The notes: generated by a model not told the origin, from the sequence alone. DNA of 35,513 nucleotides from Candidatus Halarchaeoplasma halalkaliphilum (GCA_007133925.1 SLLU01000069.1:1-35513); one strand, 5' to 3'; positions 9,688 to 17,569 are shown, counted from the first letter of the stretch. Translations and numbers: made by a program.

Positions 9688-10095
9688 ATGAAATTTGTAA
9701 AAATATCCCAAAAGGAGTTGAACGATATCGCAAAATTCTATGAAGGTGTGATGGCCACCGCCTACGAAGGCCTTTTCTATAGAGAAGGAAAGGTGATCGG
9801 GAACAGCATTACTGGGGTCATGGAAAGCGATGAAAATTTCATGGAGAAGGTCGAAAAACTAGTTCAGGCAAGGGGCTGGGTGGTCTCCTTGAAATTAGAA
9901 GAAGATACCGCGTATGCCGATGGCAGCGTGGAGGTGGATAATACTTCCCACACCAAGACCTGTCATCGTTTGAGAGGTATATTGTCTAGCATATATGAAA
10001 AGAAGACCGGTGATATGGTGGAGATAAAAGAGATGAAGTGTCAAAGCATGGGAGACGAAAGATGCGAGTTTGAGGTAAAGATAAAAGGTTTTTAA
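9688..10095 (+). CDS. V4R (4-vinyl reductase) domain protein
   Basis: CHRLRGIL...IKEMKCQSMGDERCEF is the V4R Cys/Glu/Cys/Cys signature. ATG at 9688 chosen over TTG at 9679. Confidence 0.85.
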   Translation: MKFVKISQKELNDIAKFYEGVMATAYEGLFYREGKVIGNSITGVMESDENFMEKVEKLVQARGWVVSLKLEEDTAYADGSVEVDNTSHTKTCHRLRGILSSIYEKKTGDMVEIKEMKCQSMGDERCEFEVKIKGF

Positions 10096-10108
10096 TGGAG
10101 GAGTAATT

Positions 10109-10453
10109 ATGGAAGAGTATGAAAAAATGTTCAGAGAGCTTTCGGGCATGGGCGTCAGCGGAGTGGCATTGATCGGCCGGGATGGGATGATACAGTATTC
10201 AGAACTTCCAGTTGGAGTTCATGAAGAAACATTCGGGATCATGATGGCAACCATCGTAGGTGCCGCCAAAACAGCCAATATGGAATTGAGTATGGGATCA
10301 CCGAAAAAGATAGTCATAGATTCCCCGGATGGTGTCATAGTTACGTCGGCTGCCGGAAAGAAAAACATAATAACGATAGTTGTCGGGCCCGGACATGCCC
10401 TGGAACCTATCTTCGAGTATCTGGACGACTATTTATCAAGCATAACTGAGTAG
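10109..10453 (+). CDS. Roadblock/LC7 (MglB-like) domain protein
   Basis: GVSGVALIGRDGMI...FGIMMATIVGAAKTANMEL pattern. GGAGGAG RBS upstream. Confidence 0.85.
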   Translation: MEEYEKMFRELSGMGVSGVALIGRDGMIQYSELPVGVHEETFGIMMATIVGAAKTANMELSMGSPKKIVIDSPDGVIVTSAAGKKNIITIVVGPGHALEPIFEYLDDYLSSITE

Positions 10454-10454
10454 A

Positions 10455-11426
10455 TCATTCCAGTATATCTACGAGCTGGTTGAAAACCGCCTCGGCGGTT
10501 TGTTGTATCACCTGCTGGCGATCGCCCTTGAAATGATGTATTTCGACAGATGTATTTTGTTCCATTGCCATCCCTGTGTACACCGTCCCCACCTTCTTTA
10601 CTTTTGTAGCGCCCCCAGGTCCGGCGATACCCGTGGTACTTATACCTATGTCAACCCCTATCCGTTCTCTAACGTTCTCGGCCATACACCTGGCAACGGG
10701 CTCACTCACTGCACCGTGTTCTCTTATCAAATTGGCATCCACTTTCAACAGGTCTGTTTTTGACTGATCACTGTAAGAGATCACGCCGGCCATAAAATAC
10801 ATGGATGCGCCTGGGATGCTTGTCAGATACTGGGCGATGGCACCTCCTGTGCATGACTCTGCCGTAGCCACGGTCAATCCTTTTTTTGTCAGCAAGTGTG
10901 CAACTCTTTTCACCGGATTTTCAATACACTCCGTAAGAGGCCCACATCGAAGGGTGATATCCAACCCCTCTATATAATCTGCCACCGATGGGGGTACGAG
11001 GTGCTTCCACTCAACCCCATCATACATTTTTTCCCGTACAAGGGTTCCCTTCCAAATATCTCGATTGAACGCCTCTATGTCCACCAGTTCCACATCAATG
11101 TTACCCATGAGTTTTTTTACAACGGAAGATCGGGCATAGACCCTGTCGAATGACGGGAGCATGCTGTGGATGTAATGGGGCCATTCAGGATAACAGTGGA
11201 TATCGGGTATGGGATATATCTCATAATCCGATATGCCTTCGGCCTCCATGACCTTCCGTATCATGGTTATCCTCTCTCCACCGGAAAAGGGGTTGTCCGG
11301 AATCCGTTGGATCTGGGCACTGCCCACACCGATCATCAACACATCGCATTCCCTTTCCATCTGTTTTACGATGGCAAAATGTCCGTTATGGAAGGGCTGG
11401 AACCTGCCTATGAATAGACCCCTCAT
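10455..11426 (-). CDS. nadM: Fusion of nicotinamide-nucleotide adenylyltransferase (NadM) and CinA-C/PncC NMN deamidase
   Basis: N-terminal half: LFIGRFQPFHNGH, GVGSAQ, NPFSGGERI. C-terminal half: VATAESCTGG, YSDQSK, HGAVSE, TGIAGPGG, GDR. Confidence 0.9.
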   Translation of the reverse strand: MRGLFIGRFQPFHNGHFAIVKQMERECDVLMIGVGSAQIQRIPDNPFSGGERITMIRKVMEAEGISDYEIYPIPDIHCYPEWPHYIHSMLPSFDRVYARSSVVKKLMGNIDVELVDIEAFNRDIWKGTLVREKMYDGVEWKHLVPPSVADYIEGLDITLRCGPLTECIENPVKRVAHLLTKKGLTVATAESCTGGAIAQYLTSIPGASMYFMAGVISYSDQSKTDLLKVDANLIREHGAVSEPVARCMAENVRERIGVDIGISTTGIAGPGGATKVKKVGTVYTGMAMEQNTSVEIHHFKGDRQQVIQQTAEAVFNQLVDILE

Positions 11427-11489
11427 GATATGGGGATGATGTTATGATGTTGTATAAACATTGCGCTAACATCACTGAAAAAAACGTTA

Positions 11490-11564
11490 CGGGCGTGAGG
11501 GGATTCGAACCCCCGGTTTACAGCTTAGGAGGCTGTCGCCTTATCCAGACTAGGCCACACGCCC
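11490..11564 (-). tRNA. tRNA-Arg(CCT)
   Basis: Acceptor GGGCGTG/CACGCCC+G, anticodon arm ACAGC-CTCCTAA-GCTGT, T loop TTCGAAT. Confidence 0.95.
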
Positions 11565-11565
11565 A

Positions 11566-11694
11566 TGGTGACTCGGAAGCGGGTTTTCAGTATGACATTG
11601 AAGGCCAGCGCCATATCCAGACTATCTTCGAGAGCGGTGTTGCTGCCTCGAATGGTTCAGGGAATGTTTTTATTCCCTATGAGGCCACACGCCC
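11566..11694 (-). pseudogene. tRNA-Arg-like 5' half with 58-nt D-arm insertion and degenerate 3' half (pseudogene, split-tRNA half or tRNA-derived ncRNA)
   Basis: After removing 11624-11681, the first 28 nt match the neighbouring tRNA-Arg at 27/28. Then CTGGC-CT-TCA-AT-GTCAT. No intact T arm or acceptor 3' strand. Confidence 0.6.
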
Positions 11695-11716
11695 ATTGGA
11701 GAGGTTGGTAGAATCA

Positions 11717-11793
11717 TGGTGGGCCCGGCCGGATTTGAACCGACGACCATCTGGTTATGAGCCAGACGCTCCACCAGTCTAAGCTACGGGCCC
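11717..11793 (-). tRNA. tRNA-Ile2(CAT) (agmatidine type, AUA reader), CCA encoded
   Basis: Acceptor GGGCCCG/CGGGCCC+ACCA, anticodon arm TCTGG-CTCATAA-CCAGA. The GGGCCC acceptor is typical of archaeal Ile tRNAs. Ile2 rather than Met is an inference. Confidence 0.85.
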
Positions 11794-11822
11794 CTTTATT
11801 TCGTTCAGATATCTGAGTATCG

Positions 11823-11834
11823 TATTTAAGTTTG
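11823..11834 (-). promoter_or_regulatory. BRE/TATA promoter for the tRNA-Ile2 / element / tRNA-Arg transcript
   Basis: CAAACTTAAATA on the minus strand, ~30 nt upstream of the tRNA-Ile 5' end. Confidence 0.55.
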
Positions 11835-11840
11835 ATGGAA

Positions 11841-11935
11841 TGGGCCGAGGCGGGATTGAACCGCCGATCTTCGCCTTTCTTACCGTCCAATGAACGGTTG
11901 TAAGGGCGACGTCATAACCACTAGACCACCGGCCC
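11841..11935 (-). tRNA. tRNA-Val(TAC) with 22-nt canonical intron (11877-11898)
   Basis: Acceptor GGGCCGG/TCGGCCC+A, anticodon arm TCGCC-CTTACA^A-GGCGA. Strict BHB: helix CTTA/TAAG, bulges CAA and AAA, intron stem CCGTTC/GGACGG. Confidence 0.93.
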
Positions 11936-11967
11936 ATGGGGAACAGGGTTCGTCAGGAATGAATGCA

Positions 11968-11982
11968 TATTTAATTCTTTTT
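11968..11982 (-). promoter_or_regulatory. BRE/TATA promoter for tRNA-Val
   Basis: AAAAAGAATTAAATA on the minus strand, ~33 nt upstream of the tRNA. Confidence 0.5.
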
Positions 11983-12011
11983 GCCGATGAAGTACGAAGC
12001 GTGTGACAGGC

Positions 12012-14516
12012 TCACATGGAAAGGGGTATGGTCTTCATCTCACGCTGTACCTGTTCTATCATATTGTTTGCACCGCTTGATGTGAGGGACAGGAGGGACT
12101 TTCTGTAATTGGCTGCTATGCCTTCCTTGTTCCCCATCTTTTCCTGAAGCTTGGCCATGGAAAAATACGCCAGTCCTAGGGGGTAAGACGAACCCAGTTT
12201 TTGGTATATGGATATGGCTTTTGCCAGATTATCTTCTGCCAGATCATCCTCGTTCAAACGGGTGTAAGTCTGACCCAACAGTGCATGACCGTATGCCCTT
12301 TCCTCCTCGTATCTTAGTTCGGTGAATATCCGGGTGGCCTCTTCAGCGGCCTCGGCGGCTTCCTTGAATTCTCCCTTATCCAGATAACATTCGGTCAGGG
12401 TCAGAAGGGCAGATGCTTTCAACTTCTTGTAACCCATCTGCTCGCATATCTCAACTGTTTCCTTCAAAAATTCCTTGGCGTTGCTAAGGTCCCTTATGAC
12501 TTTGTAGAAGGCACCTATGTCGTGTAATCCACCCACTCGATGGTAGGTTTCCTCGATCCGTTCCCATGCGGATAAACCCCTTTCAAAAACGTCTAGAGCA
12601 TCCGGAAAGTTACCGCTGTCCCTTTCGACCCTGGCCATGAGGAAGTAGGCTGATGTTAGTATGGTGTACATACTGTTCTGTTCAAGGATATCTATTGCCT
12701 CCGTCAAATGCTTCCGGGCATCCTTCAGGTCCCCTTTCTTTGCACAGAGGTTAGCGATCTGGAAAAGTGTTTTACCAGTTAGTTGCGGGCTGGTAGTAGT
12801 AGAACGTGATATATCTATCGCCTTTTCGTACTCCAACAATGCAGAGTCAAACTGGCCCTGGTCCTCGAGTACCCTGGCGATACCATGGTGAGCGTATGTG
12901 ATAAGATCTTCGTCATCTCCATTTTCTATAACATATCGGTACTCTTCCAGGGACTGTGAAAACTCCTGGAGTATCCTGTTAGCTTCTCCTTTCCAGAAAC
13001 AAAGGATCGGAGAGCGCCTTTTGTCATCACAACGGATCCCGAGCCTTTCTATCAGTTCCAGCAGGGATCGACTGTAGCCACCAAATATTATATCAAAACC
13101 ATGTTCTTCAACAATTTCCAAGAATAAGTCGTATTTACCAGCGCTGGCTATGTGATACAGCATCTCGATCTTTTCCCAGATGGTCTTCGCGGGTATGTTA
13201 TCGTAATATTCATATGCGATGGTGTTAAGGGTTTTTTTCGTTTCCACAGGCAGGCGTCCCAAAAGCCTTTTTCGCACCTGTGGATGTATCACGGGTTTTT
13301 CCTCAAGGGATAGCGTGGAAAGGGGGGTTTTCATGAGGTTCGTTATGAGGTTGAAATTCACTGATTCCAGACCGCATATTTCGTTCTTTTCCACGGGATA
13401 CCTGTGGATGGACATGTAAGATAAAGCAAGGTGTTCCTCGGGAGTAAGATTATTTTCCAAGACCAGATCTAGAACGGCTTCGCAAGACTCGGACATCCCG
13501 TAATAATCTGCTAGTTCGACGAACATGGTTCTTTCACATTCTTCGTGTTCAAGGGATATGATCTCCGGTTGAATCATTAGTAATTCATCATGGGTTAATT
13601 TTCCCTCTTGAGTTGTGAAGATCATCATGGATCGTTCCATCTCTCGGATCTCGTCAGCCACCTCACCCAGGATACCCATCAACATAGGATTTTCATCTAT
13701 ATCATCTATGAACATGAACGCCCCGGGCAGCAGGGACATATCCATTTTCAGGTTGGCCAGTGCCTCTACGATCTTGAGCTTTTTCGTGGATTCTAGGTAT
13801 GAGGTGAGTTTGTGTTCTCCGTTCCTGGAAAAAAAAGCTGCCAGATGTTCTAAAAGATACCTTTCGTTGTGCCAATCCTCCACTTTCAGATAGAACATGG
13901 GCACCTTACCCATGTTAATCTCTGCCAAATGCGAGAGAAGGGTCGTTTTTCCGCTTCCGTGAGAACCTTCTAAAAGAACAACCGAAGAAAATGCATTAAA
14001 TTCCTCAGATACCTCCTTCAATACACCCAGTATCTTGACCGGTGGTTCCGGCATATTGAACAAGTAGTTCACCCGTTCCTTGGTGGCATCCCGTGAATCA
14101 TGTTCGATTATCCCATCCTCCGCACGGGTTACGATATCTATGAGAGAAAAATTCGTATGAAGGTATTTGTTCAGGTCCTTCAACAGGATGTCCCTGTCTT
14201 CCCCGTTGGATCTTACTTTCACAGAACTCTGAAGTATCCGAGAGGAGATTATTTTGGACTTTTTTACACCTTCATCCGTGAGGAAATAACCCTTTCGTCT
14301 TTGCTTTTTACCCTTGATCCTTGTTGTTTCCTCATTGAGAAGCCCTTCGTCAACCAGACTCCTAACAGAATACGATATGGTATTCTGCTTGGAACCGATG
14401 ACCATGGCCATGCCTTCCTGTGTGATATCGGCGGATTGCTGATATTTTTCCCGTGTTGGATAGTGTTCCAAAAGATGTACGAGGACCTTTTCTTTTGTGG
14501 TTACCTTTAGAACCAT
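12012..14516 (-). CDS. wHTH - P-loop NTPase (STAND-like) - TPR protein, putative regulator
   Basis: N-terminal winged helix (ITQEGMA...ISYSVRSLVDEGLL...YFLTDEG), Walker A GSHGSGKTT, Walker B FMFIDD, and C-terminal TPR-like repeats over ~330 aa. Confidence 0.82.
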   Translation of the reverse strand: MVLKVTTKEKVLVHLLEHYPTREKYQQSADITQEGMAMVIGSKQNTISYSVRSLVDEGLLNEETTRIKGKKQRRKGYFLTDEGVKKSKIISSRILQSSVKVRSNGEDRDILLKDLNKYLHTNFSLIDIVTRAEDGIIEHDSRDATKERVNYLFNMPEPPVKILGVLKEVSEEFNAFSSVVLLEGSHGSGKTTLLSHLAEINMGKVPMFYLKVEDWHNERYLLEHLAAFFSRNGEHKLTSYLESTKKLKIVEALANLKMDMSLLPGAFMFIDDIDENPMLMGILGEVADEIREMERSMMIFTTQEGKLTHDELLMIQPEIISLEHEECERTMFVELADYYGMSESCEAVLDLVLENNLTPEEHLALSYMSIHRYPVEKNEICGLESVNFNLITNLMKTPLSTLSLEEKPVIHPQVRKRLLGRLPVETKKTLNTIAYEYYDNIPAKTIWEKIEMLYHIASAGKYDLFLEIVEEHGFDIIFGGYSRSLLELIERLGIRCDDKRRSPILCFWKGEANRILQEFSQSLEEYRYVIENGDDEDLITYAHHGIARVLEDQGQFDSALLEYEKAIDISRSTTTSPQLTGKTLFQIANLCAKKGDLKDARKHLTEAIDILEQNSMYTILTSAYFLMARVERDSGNFPDALDVFERGLSAWERIEETYHRVGGLHDIGAFYKVIRDLSNAKEFLKETVEICEQMGYKKLKASALLTLTECYLDKGEFKEAAEAAEEATRIFTELRYEEERAYGHALLGQTYTRLNEDDLAEDNLAKAISIYQKLGSSYPLGLAYFSMAKLQEKMGNKEGIAANYRKSLLSLTSSGANNMIEQVQREMKTIPLSM

Positions 14517-14670
14517 ACGATAGACAATAAAGAAGAGGTAGTATATGTATATTTTTGATAATTCGAGGGAGGGTTTATTAAGAGGAGGCTATGTCCATCC
14601 GGATTTCAGAAAGGTTTATGTTAGAGGCTACGATGTTCATCTGATCCCATTGGAAAGAGAAGCAAAAGAT

Positions 14671-16062
14671 ATGGCAGAAAAACTGCTGGAAGAAGACCGG
14701 GTCCATATCGTATCCCACATAGATGCGGATGGAATCACCGCAGCCAGCATAGCATATGCCTCCCTTGAACGGGCCGGGGTTAACGCTACCGTAGGTTTCG
14801 TTAAACAGCTCGAGGAGAGGGAGATAAGCAGGATAAAAAAAGAAAGGCACCCTATGGTGTGGTTCACGGATCTTGGAAGCGGGCAGTTGGAGGGTTTGGG
14901 AGACATAAGGTGCGTTATCTCGGACCATCATGAGCCCAGAGGCACTCCTTCTCCAGGATTGGACAGGGGAAACATACTGAGCTATTTAAGAACGGAGGTA
15001 CTTGAATTGAACCCACACCGATTCGGAATCGATGGCTCCACAGAGATTTCCGGAGCGGGTGTAACATACCTTATCGGAAAACACATGGGTGACAACGTTG
15101 ACCTTTCCAAATTGGCCATCATAGGGGCTGTCGGGGATATGCAAGCTTCCGCAGAAGGTAAACTGGTGGGTGTAAACCGAAAAATTCTGGCTGAGGCCGA
15201 GGAAGGGGGATATGTGAACCGAGATATGGATATACAACTCTACGGCAGGGAGAGCCGTCCCCTTCACAAGTTACTTGAATTCGCGAGCGACCCCATATTG
15301 CCCGGACTAAGCGGTGACGAGAACGGATGCACTAGATTCCTGGAGGATCTTGGAATACCCCTTAGATCCAACGGGGAATGGAGACGGTGGTATCACCTGG
15401 ATAAAACCGAGAGGCGTACGATTATATCCGCCATGGCAGACCGGATGCTTGACAGGGGTTACCCGGCCCATTACCCTCGCTCCCTGGTGGGAGAGGTATA
15501 TACATTTCCAGGAGAGGAACCCGGAACCATGTTACATGAGGCAAAGGAATTTTCAACACTCCTGAACTCCTGCGGAAGGTACATGCGGGGGAAGGTGGGA
15601 ATGGAGGTCTGCCTCGGAGACAGAAACGGATATCTCAAGGAAGCTTATGATCTATTGAAGGGTCATCAAAGAGTCCTGGTGGACTGCATGAGGATGGTTG
15701 AATCCAGGGGATTGACTGAGAGGGAATATCTGCAGTACTTCCACGGAGAGAATTTCATACCTGAAACCGTCCTGGGAACCGTGGCGGGGATGCTTTTAGG
15801 GGGAGGTAAGGCAAACAGGAACATCCCCGTGATCGGCTTCGCTTTTACAGAGGAGGACGAAGGGGTGAAGGTCTCATCCCGTGGTACAAAAGATCTTGTG
15901 GAAGCCGGCCTTGATCTTGGGGCGGTCATGAATCGCTGTTCCAAGTTGTTGGGAGGTGAAGGAGGTGGACACGCCATCGCTGCCGGGGCGTTCATACCAT
16001 TGAACTCCGAAGTGGATTTTTTGGATCTGGCGGAGAACATGATACGGGGTCAATTGGGTTGA
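14671..16062 (+). CDS. recJ: RecJ/GAN-like DHH family phosphoesterase (ssDNA exonuclease)
   Basis: Motifs SHIDADG, FTDLGSG, SDHH, LNPH, GAVGDMQ, EFSTLLNSCGR and DHHA1 GGGHAIAAGA. Start uncertain (14545, TTG 14650 or ATG 14671). Confidence 0.9.
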   Translation: MAEKLLEEDRVHIVSHIDADGITAASIAYASLERAGVNATVGFVKQLEEREISRIKKERHPMVWFTDLGSGQLEGLGDIRCVISDHHEPRGTPSPGLDRGNILSYLRTEVLELNPHRFGIDGSTEISGAGVTYLIGKHMGDNVDLSKLAIIGAVGDMQASAEGKLVGVNRKILAEAEEGGYVNRDMDIQLYGRESRPLHKLLEFASDPILPGLSGDENGCTRFLEDLGIPLRSNGEWRRWYHLDKTERRTIISAMADRMLDRGYPAHYPRSLVGEVYTFPGEEPGTMLHEAKEFSTLLNSCGRYMRGKVGMEVCLGDRNGYLKEAYDLLKGHQRVLVDCMRMVESRGLTEREYLQYFHGENFIPETVLGTVAGMLLGGGKANRNIPVIGFAFTEEDEGVKVSSRGTKDLVEAGLDLGAVMNRCSKLLGGEGGGHAIAAGAFIPLNSEVDFLDLAENMIRGQLG

Positions 16063-16099
16063 GGGAAAGATTGATTACCCATTCCAACATTTTTGGTCC

Positions 16100-16618
16100 A
16101 TGAGTATGGATATCCCTGAGCCGGACGAACTCGACAGGGAACTCAAGATGAGGCAGGCCAAGGTGTGGGGGAATATGTTAGGTATGGCCATAATGTTAGT
16201 CTTCTTGGTAGTGATAATTTTCTATCCCACTGAGCCATGGATCAAAGTCGCATTGATCGCACTGTTTGCGATCTACATGGTGATAATTGGCTCCAGATTG
16301 AAAGACTCTTTGAAGCAGTATTACGCACTGAACGAGGAGTTGGTGATCAAGGGGGGGCATATCAAAAAGGTAAACTCCAAGATGGGTGTGGAAATATGGG
16401 AGATGCCTCTGGATGATATCATAGGAGTGTTTACTAACATAGAAGGGATGCCAAATACACTGTTTGTTCTGTTTGAAAAGGACGGTGAAAGGGGGGCCGA
16501 GAACTTCTACAAACATAGGATAAAGGATCTGGATAAGTTTAATATGTTGTTGAAAAAAAGAGGGTTACTGAATGAAAGCTCCGTCACCCTAGAAGAGCTC
16601 GAACGCAGGACCAAATGA
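16100..16618 (+). CDS. Hypothetical membrane protein (two N-terminal TM helices, soluble C-terminal domain)
   Basis: 172-aa ORF with two hydrophobic segments, filling the gap after recJ. Confidence 0.7.
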   Translation: MSMDIPEPDELDRELKMRQAKVWGNMLGMAIMLVFLVVIIFYPTEPWIKVALIALFAIYMVIIGSRLKDSLKQYYALNEELVIKGGHIKKVNSKMGVEIWEMPLDDIIGVFTNIEGMPNTLFVLFEKDGERGAENFYKHRIKDLDKFNMLLKKRGLLNESSVTLEELERRTK

Positions 16619-16646
16619 TTCGCCTTGATACGGGTCCTTTCTCGAA

Positions 16647-16661
16647 CAAAAGTATTAAATA
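16647..16661 (+). promoter_or_regulatory. Putative BRE/TATA promoter of the mbh operon
   Basis: CAAAAGTATTAAATA ~120 nt upstream of mbhA. Confidence 0.4.
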
Positions 16662-16781
16662 ATTATGGATAATCCCTCCAAATACATGAATCCGTATATC
16701 AGCTTGCATAGGAGATATTGTGTAGAGATGCTGGAATGCCTGCGCGGCTGTAGAATAAAATAACTTATGGAGGAGATAATC

Positions 16782-17303
16782 ATGGATGAATCCAAAGCAT
16801 TCGTCTCGACATTTTTGCTAGCACTATTCGTATATCTGTTTCTGACCCTGGCCGCAGGGAGGTCCATGATTGAGGGATCCATCCTGTGGAGCGTGGAAGA
16901 GTTGGTGCTCGGTATATCCATCGCACTGATAGTTGGTGCCGTGGGGAGCAGCATCCTCTGTCGCTCGGGCAACTACAGGATGCTCAATCCTTTGAGATGG
17001 TTGATCATATTGGTTTACTGTGTTCCCCTCTTCGTGGAGATGGTGAAGGCAAATATGGACATGGCCTACAGGGTGATAACAGGGAAGATAGATCCGGGCA
17101 TTGTAAGGATAAGCCCGAAACTGAAAACGGACCTGGGTATCACCGCCCTGGCCAATTCCATCACCCTGACACCGGGAACCCTCACCGTGGATGTGGACGA
17201 TGAAACCGGGGACCTTTTCATACACTGGATAAACGTGGGGAAAAACCCCACGAAAACCATCGCAGGTAACTTCCTGCCGTGGATAAGGAGGTTTGCGGAA
17301 TGA
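16782..17303 (+). CDS. mbhA: Mbh subunit A (MnhE/MrpE-like)
   Basis: MVKANMDMAYRV...PGIV...LANSITLTPGTLTVDV...LFIHWI. ATG 16782 follows GGAGGAG. Confidence 0.9.
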   Translation: MDESKAFVSTFLLALFVYLFLTLAAGRSMIEGSILWSVEELVLGISIALIVGAVGSSILCRSGNYRMLNPLRWLIILVYCVPLFVEMVKANMDMAYRVITGKIDPGIVRISPKLKTDLGITALANSITLTPGTLTVDVDDETGDLFIHWINVGKNPTKTIAGNFLPWIRRFAE

Positions 17304-17569
17304 ACCTGTCATTTGAATTCTATCTGGTGGCGGTGGTGTTCGTGTTCTACATATTGATCTCAGTGTTGAGACTGTTTTTGGGCCCGACCGCACCGGATCG
17401 GGCTGTGGCACTGGATACCATAAACACGCTGGTAGTCGCCAGTATGGTGGGCCTGGGTGCCGCCACATGGGAAACCCTGTTCATAGACATAGCCATAGTT
17501 TATGCCATACTATCCTTCGTGACCACCCTTTACATAGCGAAATATCTTGAGGGGGTGAAGGAGGGATGA
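17300..17569 (+). CDS. mbhB: Mbh subunit B (MnhF/MrpF-like)
   Basis: RLFLGPTAPDRAVALD...DIAIVYAILSFVTTLYIAKY. ATGA overlap with mbhA. Confidence 0.9.
   Translation: MNLSFEFYLVAVVFVFYILISVLRLFLGPTAPDRAVALDTINTLVVASMVGLGAATWETLFIDIAIVYAILSFVTTLYIAKYLEGVKEG

Noticed and set aside
11566-11694. The TCA-containing element as tRNA-Sec or a functional opal suppressor
   Set aside because: No intact acceptor stem, T arm or long variable arm. No in-frame TGA seen in the recognised genes, and MbhL uses Cys codons.
11585-11717. C/D box sRNA in the tRNA spacer (ATGATTC plus two CTGA)
   Set aside because: C box matches only 5/7, there is no C' box, and the spacing is too long for an archaeal sRNA.
11444-11782. 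112-aa plus-strand ORF (likewise 6340-6678)
   Set aside because: Antisense to tRNA genes, so spurious.
11717-11793. Initiator tRNA-Met
   Set aside because: Lacks the A1-U72 pair and the three consecutive G-C anticodon-stem pairs.
14591-14644. 17-codon upstream ORF with GGAGG ahead of recJ
   Set aside because: Out of frame, no recognisable peptide, and probably upstream of the real transcription start. Not supportable.
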